Source: Candidatus Bathyarchaeia archaeon (GTDB lineage Archaea; Thermoproteota; Bathyarchaeia; Bathyarchaeales; Bathycorpusculaceae). From it: a DNA stretch of 64,000 nt. The notes below the pieces were generated by a model. The model saw only the letters and a list, made by a program, of their open reading frames with translations. It had not been told where the DNA came from and searched no databases. Positions 1-8,332 of this stretch are shown here, piece after piece. Position 1 is the first letter of the stretch. Each line of letters starts with the position of its first letter. A program made the translations under genes and the position numbers. Location of the stretch: positions 53,552 through 117,551 of the forward strand of contig JBEKKX010000001.1 of the NCBI GenBank assembly GCA_050010515.1, written 5' to 3'.

Positions 1-1115
1 AAAGCATGAAAACAGCAACCATTGAAATCCCAAGCTTTACGGAACCAGAGTTTCCCCAGCCAGAAAACCTAACTGAAGCCCTGCTGCAACTGCTTTCGGC
101 TCCGAACATTGCCAGCAAAGAAAGCGTCATACGCACTTATGACCATGAAGTAAAAGGAAATACTACGCTTAAACCCTTACAAGGAGAGTACGCTGGACCA
201 AACGATGCAGCTGTACTGAAACCGCTTGATGATTCATGGAAAGGCTTGGCAATTTCGTGCGGTATGAACCCGAATTACGGAAAGATTGATGCTTACTGGA
301 TGGCTGCTTCAGCTATTGACGAGGCAGTGAGAAACAACATTGCCGTCGGCGGAAGAAGGATTGCGCTGCTGGATAATTTTACGTGGGGAAACCCTGAGAA
401 ACCAGAGCGCTTGGGCTCGCTAGTAAGAGCCTGCGAAGCCTGCTATGACTTTGCCAAGGCGTTTAGGACGCCGTTTATCTCTGGAAAAGACAGCCTCTAC
501 AACGAATCCCCGCTGGGTCCAGTTACGCCAACGCTTCTGATTACCGCCATAGGTATAATTCCTAACATTCAATTTACCACATCTATGGATTTGAAAGCGC
601 CCGGCAACCTGCTCTACATCATTGGTGACACATTCAATGAGCTGGGCGGTTCAGAATACTACAAACTCAAAGGCTACTTAGGTGCAAGCGTGCCCAAAGT
701 GAAAGGAGCCAGAGCCAAGCGCACGTTCAGAGCTGTAACTAAAGCCATCGATTTGGGCTTAATCAAATCGTGCCATGACCTTTCTGAAGGCGGGTTGGCA
801 GTGGCGGCGGCGGAGATGGCGTTTGCGGGTGGCTACGGCTTAGAGCTGGATTTAGGTAATGTACTCGGCAAAGCGTTAGAGCGAAATGACTTTGTGCTGT
901 TTTCAGAGTCAAACAGCCGCTTCCTCATTGAAGTCTCAGAAACTGATAGGCAGGAATTTGAGGCTTTAATGAAGGGAAAAAACTGCGCTAAAATTGGCAA
1001 AGTGACCGAAGACGAGAAACTGCTTATTCATGGGTTAAACCAGAAAATAGTAGTTGACGCTTCACTTGCCGAGCTGCGGTGTAGCTGGAAAAGAACGTTA
1101 AGCGGTGAACCCTAA
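1..1115 (+). CDS. purL: Phosphoribosylformylglycinamidine synthase subunit PurL, C-terminal part (5' end lies outside the window)
   Basis: Motifs YDHEV, LLDNFTWGNPE, FISGKDSLYN and CHDLSEGGL; frame open to the window edge; overlaps purQ. Confidence 0.95.
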   Translation, partial: SMKTATIEIPSFTEPEFPQPENLTEALLQLLSAPNIASKESVIRTYDHEVKGNTTLKPLQGEYAGPNDAAVLKPLDDSWKGLAISCGMNPNYGKIDAYWMAASAIDEAVRNNIAVGGRRIALLDNFTWGNPEKPERLGSLVRACEACYDFAKAFRTPFISGKDSLYNESPLGPVTPTLLITAIGIIPNIQFTTSMDLKAPGNLLYIIGDTFNELGGSEYYKLKGYLGASVPKVKGARAKRTFRAVTKAIDLGLIKSCHDLSEGGLAVAAAEMAFAGGYGLELDLGNVLGKALERNDFVLFSESNSRFLIEVSETDRQEFEALMKGKNCAKIGKVTEDEKLLIHGLNQKIVVDASLAELRCSWKRTLSGEP

Positions 1116-1938
1116 AATGAAGCTGGAAGAAATCAAAGTCTGTGTTATGCGCGTTGGCGGAACCAACTGCGATGCAGAAACCCAGCGGGCTTTTTTGGAG
1201 TTAGGTGTCCAAGCGGAGACTTTGCATGTTAACGAGTTAATAAAACGCAAAAACCTTCTTGATTACCAGGTGCTGGTTTTTCCAGGCGGCTTCTCCTTCG
1301 GCGATTATGTGCGTTCAGGCGTAATTTTTGCACGATGGCTCAGTGCTAAATTAGGCAAAGAAATTGAAGCTTTTATTGATGAAGGCAGACCGATTCTGGG
1401 AATATGCAACGGTTTCCAAATATTGGTTGAGTATGGTTTGCTTCCAGGCTTCGACGGAATGAGTACTTATCCTGAAGCTACATTGACCACGAATGAACCG
1501 CAAGGCTTCAAATGCCAATGGATTTACATGAAGCATGAAAATAGGGGAAAATGCGCTTTCACAAACAAAATTCCAGCTGGCAAGGTAGTGAGGATGCCGA
1601 TTGCCCATGGAGAAGGCAGGTTACTGTTCCCAAAGGAGAAAGAACAGGAAATGCTTGCAAAGCTAAACGATAATGACATGGTTGTTTTCCGATACTGCGA
1701 CAAAAACGGCAACAGTGCCGACGGCAAATACCCAGCTAATCCCAACGGTTCCACATATGACATTGCAGGCATATGCAGCAGGGAAGGAAACATTTTCGGT
1801 TTAATGCCTCATCCAGAGAGGGCAATGTACTGGTGGCAACAACCCGACTGGACACGGCAACAACAAATGCTGCAGTATGGCGACGGGAAACTAATCTTCC
1901 AAAGCATAATCGACAATTTAACCAAGAAGTGCTGGTAA
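1105..1938 (+). CDS. purQ: FGAM synthase glutaminase subunit PurQ
   Basis: GTNCD, PGGFSFGD, LGICNGFQ (catalytic Cys), AHGEG, MPHPER. Confidence 0.96.
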   Translation: MNPKMKLEEIKVCVMRVGGTNCDAETQRAFLELGVQAETLHVNELIKRKNLLDYQVLVFPGGFSFGDYVRSGVIFARWLSAKLGKEIEAFIDEGRPILGICNGFQILVEYGLLPGFDGMSTYPEATLTTNEPQGFKCQWIYMKHENRGKCAFTNKIPAGKVVRMPIAHGEGRLLFPKEKEQEMLAKLNDNDMVVFRYCDKNGNSADGKYPANPNGSTYDIAGICSREGNIFGLMPHPERAMYWWQQPDWTRQQQMLQYGDGKLIFQSIIDNLTKKCW

Positions 1939-1947
1939 ATCAGAGGA

Positions 1948-1977
1948 ATTGGCAAAAAAAAAGGTATATGTGCCAAT
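1948..1977. promoter_or_regulatory. 7-bp inverted repeat (ATTGGCA-N16-TGCCAAT) around a TATA-like element upstream of the AbrB gene; candidate autoregulatory operator
   Basis: Inverted repeat read directly from the sequence; function inferred. Confidence 0.35.
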
Positions 1978-2005
1978 AACATCATTATTTGCCAGTGATG
2001 ATTAT

Positions 2006-2251
2006 ATGTCTGTAGAAGTGGACAAATATGGACGCATAGTTCTACCTAAACAGATTCGCAAAAAATACGGCATGGATGAAGGCATTCGGCTTATCATCAC
2101 TGAGTATATGGGGCGTATTTGTCTTGTCCCTGTAAGGAAGTACGAAAAGCCTACTGAGATGTTATATGGCGCCGTGAAGTTGGAGATGCCTATAGAGGAG
2201 CCAAAGCACCTGGCAAGAGAACACATTCGCAAAAAGTTGGTTTTCGGCTAA
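2006..2251 (+). CDS. AbrB/MazE/SpoVT-family DNA-binding protein (likely ATG at 2006; the ORF track starts at 1949)
   Basis: VEVDKYGRIVLPKQIRKKYGMDEG is the typical swapped-hairpin N-terminus. Confidence 0.85.
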   Translation: MSVEVDKYGRIVLPKQIRKKYGMDEGIRLIITEYMGRICLVPVRKYEKPTEMLYGAVKLEMPIEEPKHLAREHIRKKLVFG

Positions 2252-2312
2252 TTTTCAAGTCTCACTTGCGCGTTGTCCTGAGGCTTCTTGGTTTTAATCT
2301 CATTAATTTTAA

Positions 2313-3224
2313 TTAAAGCGATTCTAAATCTTTTGAGTAGGGCAAGCCCGCGCGTGCACCCATCTGCATTACGCTTCTGGAAGCCACAAAATTCCCCAAC
2401 CGACCGCACTCATAGAGGCTTTTGCTGTTGATTAAGCCGTAGAGGAAGCCAGCGCAGAAAGCGTCCCCAGCACCTGTCGTATCGACCACTTTTACTTTGA
2501 AAGGTTCTATCCTAAGCCTTTCTCGACCGTCAGTAACGTAACAGCCTTTGCTGCCAAGTTTAACTGCAACGATTTTAACGCCCATTTCAATCATAAAATC
2601 CGCACCTTTGCAGAAATCAGCTTCTCCGGTTAAAAGTTCAAGTTCAACAGCGTTAGGCATCAAAACATAAGAGCTTCTAATTATTGGTTCTATGGCTACA
2701 AAACCCTTCCTTGCATACACTGAGCCTGGGTCAAAGCTAATTTTAACATCGCCAGGCAAGGTGGCTAAGAGCTTTTTTTGTGCACGAAGAGATTTTTCAC
2801 CAACAAAAGAGGAGTAATGCAAAAATTTTGTTTGAGAAAGATAATTTCTATCTATTTCGCGAGGCTCGATTGTGTCGTTGACGCCTGAGTTAATGTATAG
2901 GGCTCTTGCACCTTTCTTGTCCACGAAACCAAGCACCGAACCACTTTTTCCCTGTTTTGCCTGAATGATGCCAACGGTGTCGACGCCTTCATTGCTAAAA
3001 CAGTCAATTTGCAGTTTGCCTTCCCGGTCATTGGCTACTTTCCCTATGAAGCCAACTTTGCACCCGAGCCTCGCCAACCCAACCACGGTATTCGCGGCTG
3101 ACCCCCCGCAAGCCTCAGTGTAATCTTCAATGAAGCTTTCTTCTTCAGCCCCCGAAAGCTTATCAACTTTGAAGAGCATGTCAACGTTAAGTGCACCGAA
3201 ACCGACAACGTCAAATTTGGTCAT
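2313..3224 (-). CDS. PfkB/ribokinase-family carbohydrate or nucleoside kinase (EhaT-like position)
   Basis: GGSAAN, VKLGSKG, DTTGAGDAFCAG PfkB signature; ATGA overlap with the upstream Ftr-like gene. Confidence 0.9.
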   Translation of the reverse strand: MTKFDVVGFGALNVDMLFKVDKLSGAEEESFIEDYTEACGGSAANTVVGLARLGCKVGFIGKVANDREGKLQIDCFSNEGVDTVGIIQAKQGKSGSVLGFVDKKGARALYINSGVNDTIEPREIDRNYLSQTKFLHYSSFVGEKSLRAQKKLLATLPGDVKISFDPGSVYARKGFVAIEPIIRSSYVLMPNAVELELLTGEADFCKGADFMIEMGVKIVAVKLGSKGCYVTDGRERLRIEPFKVKVVDTTGAGDAFCAGFLYGLINSKSLYECGRLGNFVASRSVMQMGARAGLPYSKDLESL

Positions 3225-4129
3225 GGAAACAGCTCTCGCAAAAATATTTTATGTTCGCCTAGTTTGCCGCCATAGTTACCAGCGGAAACCTTCACGACAC
3301 CATCAATGCCTAACACTGCTCTGACTCCAGCTTTGGTGGCTTCTTTAACAGCATCTAAAGAAACGCCATCAAAAACTATCTCAGCTATATAACCTACGCC
3401 TTCTGGAACACGAGATTCTTTACCTAACCGCTCCCTAAGAGAGGGACAATACAGGTGGTTTGTTGTTGGACCAATCTTAGGAAAATGAGTTTCCGGCTTG
3501 GAGCCTGCAGAGCAGACATCAAAGGGCGTAACTACACCGTGAGCATCATGGATTGCAGCTAAGGCTTTTTCTCCAGCTTGCCTCAACGCTTCTTTTGTTT
3601 TGCACATTACCCAAAAGTTGCCGCCCATGATGCCACGACCATAGCCTAAGTACCGTTCAATGACGAAGTCAGGAACCATCAATGGGACAACGATTACTTC
3701 TCTGCCATGACGCTTCTCTACCCATTCATAGCCGTCGCCGCAGTGTCCAACGCTCTCCATCATGTCCATTTTTCCTTCAGCGCTTGGCAGAGCGTCAAAG
3801 ATAGCGGTAAAAGGCTTTACCAAAATGTCTTGGCGGATGCGGTAGGAAAGCTCAATTTCAAACTTTTTCAGTGATTCAGCAAATGTTTTTTTTGGGTTTA
3901 TTTCTCCCCAGAACTGCAGTATTGCACCTTTGCGTTTATCGGGAGTTTCTTTTTGGCTGAGGTATTTTTCGACGCCACCCTCTACTCTGCCAATCACAAC
4001 GGAGGGCATTGCTGTCGAATCCTCAGCAGCCTTGCGTAAGGTTTCTTCATCGTCGGCTGTAACAATTACTCGGCAAAAAATTCCAGTAAAGGCTTCGGCG
4101 TACGTGTCTTCTATTTCCGCTTTTGCCAT
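3221..4129 (-). CDS. Formylmethanofuran:H4MPT formyltransferase-family protein, divergent paralog (Ftr-II/EhaS-like)
   Basis: IEDTYAEAF, ETPD, GDGYE, GGNFW, TNHLYCP, SAGNYGGKLG; central motifs differ from canonical Ftr. Confidence 0.88.
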   Translation of the reverse strand: MAKAEIEDTYAEAFTGIFCRVIVTADDEETLRKAAEDSTAMPSVVIGRVEGGVEKYLSQKETPDKRKGAILQFWGEINPKKTFAESLKKFEIELSYRIRQDILVKPFTAIFDALPSAEGKMDMMESVGHCGDGYEWVEKRHGREVIVVPLMVPDFVIERYLGYGRGIMGGNFWVMCKTKEALRQAGEKALAAIHDAHGVVTPFDVCSAGSKPETHFPKIGPTTNHLYCPSLRERLGKESRVPEGVGYIAEIVFDGVSLDAVKEATKAGVRAVLGIDGVVKVSAGNYGGKLGEHKIFLRELFP

Positions 4130-4130
4130 T

Positions 4131-5213
4131 TTATCCTAGCCTCCCTATGGATACTCCTCGCACTTTCTTTCTAAACGTGTTGCTTTCTTTTACCAGTGTT
4201 TCCATATTTTGGGCTGTTACTATTTGAGCTTTAGGCAAGGCACCAGGGTAAAAGTCTGAGAGCTGCCTCAGCAAAGCCTTGTCCACTCCACTTTTCTTTA
4301 GCGCTTCATAATTCCAAGACTGAAGCGCGCACGTTGTTTTCTCTTTTCCAAACCTGCAGAACAAATCAGCAATCGCAGCAGTTACAAGATTGCTTTCAGA
4401 TAAAACTGCTAATTCAGCATTTTTGACTGCGTAACCGTTACCGTTGAAAGATACTGTTAAGCCACCGTTTGCCCGCACGAGTTTGAAAGCTTCCACGTCA
4501 GTTATGCTGTCGCCCACGTACATCACATCCCCTAATTCTGCACCTAAACGCTTCACGGCATCACGGATTGCTTGAGCTTTTTGTTCTCCACCAATCGTTA
4601 CAACATCAGTAAGCATCTTGCCAACGCTCATTTTGGGTATTTCGCTCCAGAAAACCTCATCCAAACGCTGAATTATCGCCTGGTCATTGCGCGAAAAATC
4701 TTCCCTTGCTCTTGCCGCTGGGGGGATATCGATTAGATGCATCTGTGTAATTTCCTTTGCTATTTCTTTTAGCCGCTCTTTTTCTTTTGGCGAGAGGGCA
4801 TATTTGTCGAGGCTTACTTTGGTGCAGTAGGTATTTTCGTAGGGAAAACTGAGTGCTTTGCACAAAGCCTTGATGTAGTGCTCGTAGCTGGTGCTGACGA
4901 TGAAGGCGCTAGCTATGGCTTGTATATGGTACAGAGTCTCTTTGCTGTGAGCAATTAAAACAACGTTTTTCTCTGAAAAGTCTTCCATCAGCTTATCCGT
5001 AACATCATAAGCCTTAAAGAAAGGCAAAACAAGCTTCAACGTGCTACCCGCAGAGTAACTGGGCTTTCGCAGAACATCCGCCAGCACATCATCGTACTTG
5101 CTTATGTTGGCAAAAAGTTTGTCTCCGTTTGGGATAAAATTTGCCGCTAACTCGAAGGCGTTGTCGTTCTTTGAGATTGGTCCTTCGCAGTCGGATATGA
5201 AGATGCGCTTCAC
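4131..5213 (-). CDS. HAD-superfamily phosphohydrolase, archaeal EhaR-like family (GTG start at 5213 overlaps the purD TGA)
   Basis: HAD motif I FISDCEGP, motif II VSTS, motif III GGEQK, motif IV YVGDSITD; GTGA overlap at 5210-5213. Confidence 0.78.
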   Translation of the reverse strand: MKRIFISDCEGPISKNDNAFELAANFIPNGDKLFANISKYDDVLADVLRKPSYSAGSTLKLVLPFFKAYDVTDKLMEDFSEKNVVLIAHSKETLYHIQAIASAFIVSTSYEHYIKALCKALSFPYENTYCTKVSLDKYALSPKEKERLKEIAKEITQMHLIDIPPAARAREDFSRNDQAIIQRLDEVFWSEIPKMSVGKMLTDVVTIGGEQKAQAIRDAVKRLGAELGDVMYVGDSITDVEAFKLVRANGGLTVSFNGNGYAVKNAELAVLSESNLVTAAIADLFCRFGKEKTTCALQSWNYEALKKSGVDKALLRQLSDFYPGALPKAQIVTAQNMETLVKESNTFRKKVRGVSIGRLG

Positions 5214-6625
5214 GCCTTGCGCCTCAAATTCTCCATGTGAAGTACGCTTTTTGCAATATGCTGTTTTGAGGCGATGTCCGTTCGGTTCCACAATGCCCCA
5301 CCAGTAATTGCTTTGGCTCCTTCAAGGCTGATTTGACGTGCTTCCGCGATGCTTTTGGCTATTCCTAAAACTCCGACCGCACGGGATTTCAAAGCGTAGT
5401 TTTTGCCGTTTCTTGTTTCCATTGAACCTGGATAAACGCGGATTCTAATGCCATACTTTTTGGTTAAGGCGTAGGCTTTTGAGAGGTCAACTGGCGTGTT
5501 AGCTAAGGATTTATCAATTTGGTTGGGGAACACTTCTGCGTAGCCACCGTAGTCTGGCGGAACCTTATAGGTTAAAACGGTTGCAGCCTTTTCCAACTCG
5601 ACACTCGTCAGGTTTCCTTCTATCATTTTGAAGCAGACGTCAACGAAATCGTCTTTGATTATTGGGAGGAGGTTGATTATTTCTGGGTCGCCAGGGCGAC
5701 TGTTGTTCTCAAGAACCTTAATTCCTTGTCCAGTGTGCATGAACGCTAGATATAAGGGCACGCCTCTGAGCGTCGAATCGTCTTTAATTTTAGCTTTCCA
5801 ACCCTTGAAAATTTTATTGGCTAAAGCAAGTTCCTGTTGGCGTTCAGCCGCAGTCAAGAAGGGCAATGTGTCGCCAATGTCTTTGTATGAGCCCATTCCG
5901 CCAGTGTTTGGACCTTTATCGTCGTCGAAGGCACGTTTGTAATCGCGTGTATCTGGCAGGGGAATAAAATGTTTGCCATCACAGAAAACCATGAAACTGG
6001 ATTCTTCCCCATCAATCTTTTCTTCTATGATAACCGAGCCGTATTGGAAGTTGGACATGAAATGCTCAAAAAGTTGCTCTCGGGTTGCGAAGTGGTCGCC
6101 CCAGACGCCGACGCCTTTTCCTAAAGCTGGTTTATCAGGCTTTACCACCGCTTGATTATCCAGTTCATCTAGCCAGCGGTAAACGGCGCTTTTAACGTCC
6201 GCTTCGCCCTTGTAGTCGGCTGGGTTAAAAATTTTAAAGCGGGGATTCGCTTCTGGCGCAATCTCTTGAAAAAGTTGGCGCTGCTCTATTTTGCTGGCTT
6301 CAATGGCGTATTGTTGCTTTGGACAAATGACAGGTATACCTGTGCGTTTCTCAACGAGGTCGCGGACGCCTTCAATTATGGGTTTTTCTGAACCAACCAG
6401 AACGAAATCGATTTTGTCCTTGTTTGATTCAGCGAACTTGCAGATTTCCTCAACGTCAAGGTTTGGAATGACAATGTGTTTTGTAGCTTTTTCTGCGTTG
6501 AAAGGGTTGCGCTGTTTATCAGCAATGTAGAGTTCGACTTGATAGTTTTTGCTTTGTAGAAGGGCGTCGACCATGGCGACTTCTCTTGCGCCGTAGGAAA
6601 CAACTAGGACACCGATTTTTTCCAT
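5210..6625 (-). CDS. purD: Phosphoribosylamine-glycine ligase
   Basis: GARE, VVKPD..ALGKGV, IEEKIDGEE, RDYKRAFDDDKGPNTGGMGS, NSRPGDPE. Confidence 0.93.
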   Translation of the reverse strand: MEKIGVLVVSYGAREVAMVDALLQSKNYQVELYIADKQRNPFNAEKATKHIVIPNLDVEEICKFAESNKDKIDFVLVGSEKPIIEGVRDLVEKRTGIPVICPKQQYAIEASKIEQRQLFQEIAPEANPRFKIFNPADYKGEADVKSAVYRWLDELDNQAVVKPDKPALGKGVGVWGDHFATREQLFEHFMSNFQYGSVIIEEKIDGEESSFMVFCDGKHFIPLPDTRDYKRAFDDDKGPNTGGMGSYKDIGDTLPFLTAAERQQELALANKIFKGWKAKIKDDSTLRGVPLYLAFMHTGQGIKVLENNSRPGDPEIINLLPIIKDDFVDVCFKMIEGNLTSVELEKAATVLTYKVPPDYGGYAEVFPNQIDKSLANTPVDLSKAYALTKKYGIRIRVYPGSMETRNGKNYALKSRAVGVLGIAKSIAEARQISLEGAKAITGGALWNRTDIASKQHIAKSVLHMENLRRKA

Positions 6626-6687
6626 CCAAATACACCGTTACTGCTAAGACAGTAGAGGGAACGCTTAATTTGCTTTATCACTAGCGG

Positions 6688-8169
6688 TTATGGCTGAACT
6701 TCATCTAACTCGTAAATTCTCGTTTTCTCCTCGTAACCATTGAGGAATCTCTTTTTCATGGCATCAGCCATTTTTTGAGCACAGGGGGTGGGATACTTTC
6801 CTGTAACGCAGGCTAAACATAGTTGGTCTTCTGTTTGACCTGTAGCACGTACTAATGCCTCAGTGGATTGGTAGCATACGTCGTCTGCACCTATGATTTT
6901 AGCTATTTCCTGAGCGCTGTGTCTTGAGCCGACAAGTTGCCCGTAAGTTGACATATCAATCCCATAAAAGCAAGGACCAATAATTCGTGGAAAAGTAACG
7001 AAGACGTAAACTTTTTTGGCTCCTGATTTTCGTAATTTATCTATAATTACTTTGGTTGTGTCGCCTCTGACTATGCTGTCTTCGGTTATTATAACTCGTT
7101 TTCCATTAACTTTTGAACCTAAAATGTTGATTTTCTTATCGATTGTTGAAAAGCGCTCAGCGTTTAGGAGTATGAAGGCTCTCTCGGTAACATAACGGTG
7201 CCGTCTTGATGCCCGTTCCCATCGTAAGCCTGATGCTTCATGGACTCCCATGGCTGGGTCATCTCCTGTTTCAGGCACGGACAGAATTACTTCACTATCC
7301 TTTACTACTTCAGGGTATTCTTTAACAATATTTCTCCCGAATTCTTCACGTATTTCGTAAACGTATTTGTCGTCGAACCTTGAATCGGGCCTGGCAAAAT
7401 AAGCATATTCAAAAGCGCAAAAAGCTTGATGAGGGTTTGGAATGATTTGGGTGCGTTTGAAGCCGTCCTGTGAAACCGTAACCAATTCTCCTGGTTTCAG
7501 TTCGAAATCTCTTACAAAGCTGTTCATGTCTAAGCTTACGGTTTCAGAGGAAAAAGCGTAGGTTGCCCCAGCAGGGTCATGTCCAGCGCATAGCGGTTTT
7601 ATTCCAAGCGGGTCTTTGAAGGCGAAAAAGTCGCCGTCTCCGGTTATGCCTGTTACGGAGAATGCCCCATCTAAGCTTTCCATGACGGAGCGAACGGCAG
7701 ATACTAAGTCTTTGCCCTGTTTAAGTCCGAGGAGCAGTTTATGACATACTATGTCAGAGTCACAGCAATACTGAAAGTCTTGGAAGTTTTCGGTCATCTC
7801 TTTTTTCAGCGGCGACGTGTTAACTATGTTGCCGTTAAATGAGAGTGCAAGTTTTATCCCGTTTTCGCAAGCGGTAACTGGTTGAGTACCTTGAATAAGT
7901 GAGGCATCATCACATTTACCCGACGTGGTATATCGAACGTTGCCGATGCCTATTGACCCTGGAAGGCGCCCGAACCATTCATGTATAACCTCAGTTTTTA
8001 ATTTCGGAACCAAATCCAAGTTTTTATACACAAAAAATTGCTTGTCGCTGTATGTGAGGAAGCCGTGTGATTGGTGACCTCGATGGTTTTGGGCTCGGAG
8101 ACCCCAGTAAACATATGGAAAAACGGGTTGATTTTCATAATTTATTACGCCAAAGATACCGCAGCCTAT
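6688..8169 (-). CDS. purF: Amidophosphoribosyltransferase; the true N-terminus extends upstream of the ORF-track start (catalytic Cys at 8163-8161)
   Basis: In-frame upstream translation gives CGIFG...QNHRGHQSHG; RYTTSG, FNGN, CAFEYAYFARPDS, EDSIVRGDT, CFYGID. Confidence 0.93.
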   Translation of the reverse strand: MGCGIFGVINYENQPVFPYVYWGLRAQNHRGHQSHGFLTYSDKQFFVYKNLDLVPKLKTEVIHEWFGRLPGSIGIGNVRYTTSGKCDDASLIQGTQPVTACENGIKLALSFNGNIVNTSPLKKEMTENFQDFQYCCDSDIVCHKLLLGLKQGKDLVSAVRSVMESLDGAFSVTGITGDGDFFAFKDPLGIKPLCAGHDPAGATYAFSSETVSLDMNSFVRDFELKPGELVTVSQDGFKRTQIIPNPHQAFCAFEYAYFARPDSRFDDKYVYEIREEFGRNIVKEYPEVVKDSEVILSVPETGDDPAMGVHEASGLRWERASRRHRYVTERAFILLNAERFSTIDKKINILGSKVNGKRVIITEDSIVRGDTTKVIIDKLRKSGAKKVYVFVTFPRIIGPCFYGIDMSTYGQLVGSRHSAQEIAKIIGADDVCYQSTEALVRATGQTEDQLCLACVTGKYPTPCAQKMADAMKKRFLNGYEEKTRIYELDEVQP

Positions 8170-8332
8170 TTTCGGTTCCCTTCTCGCAGTAAATGGGGAT
8201 GTAGTGAAAGAAGGGGTTTATCAGCTTTTAGTACATATTTACTTAAAAAGTATGGAGTTTTTAACATATTAAAGTTTAAAGAAACAAGTCATGAGACGGA
8301 GATAAAAGCTTAGTAAAATAAAGGAAGAAAGT

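Noticed and set aside
3221-4129. Ftr plus 'Eha' homologs as evidence of methanogenesis or an Eha hydrogenase
   Set aside because: No mcr, mtr or membrane hydrogenase subunits in the window; the Ftr is a divergent paralog
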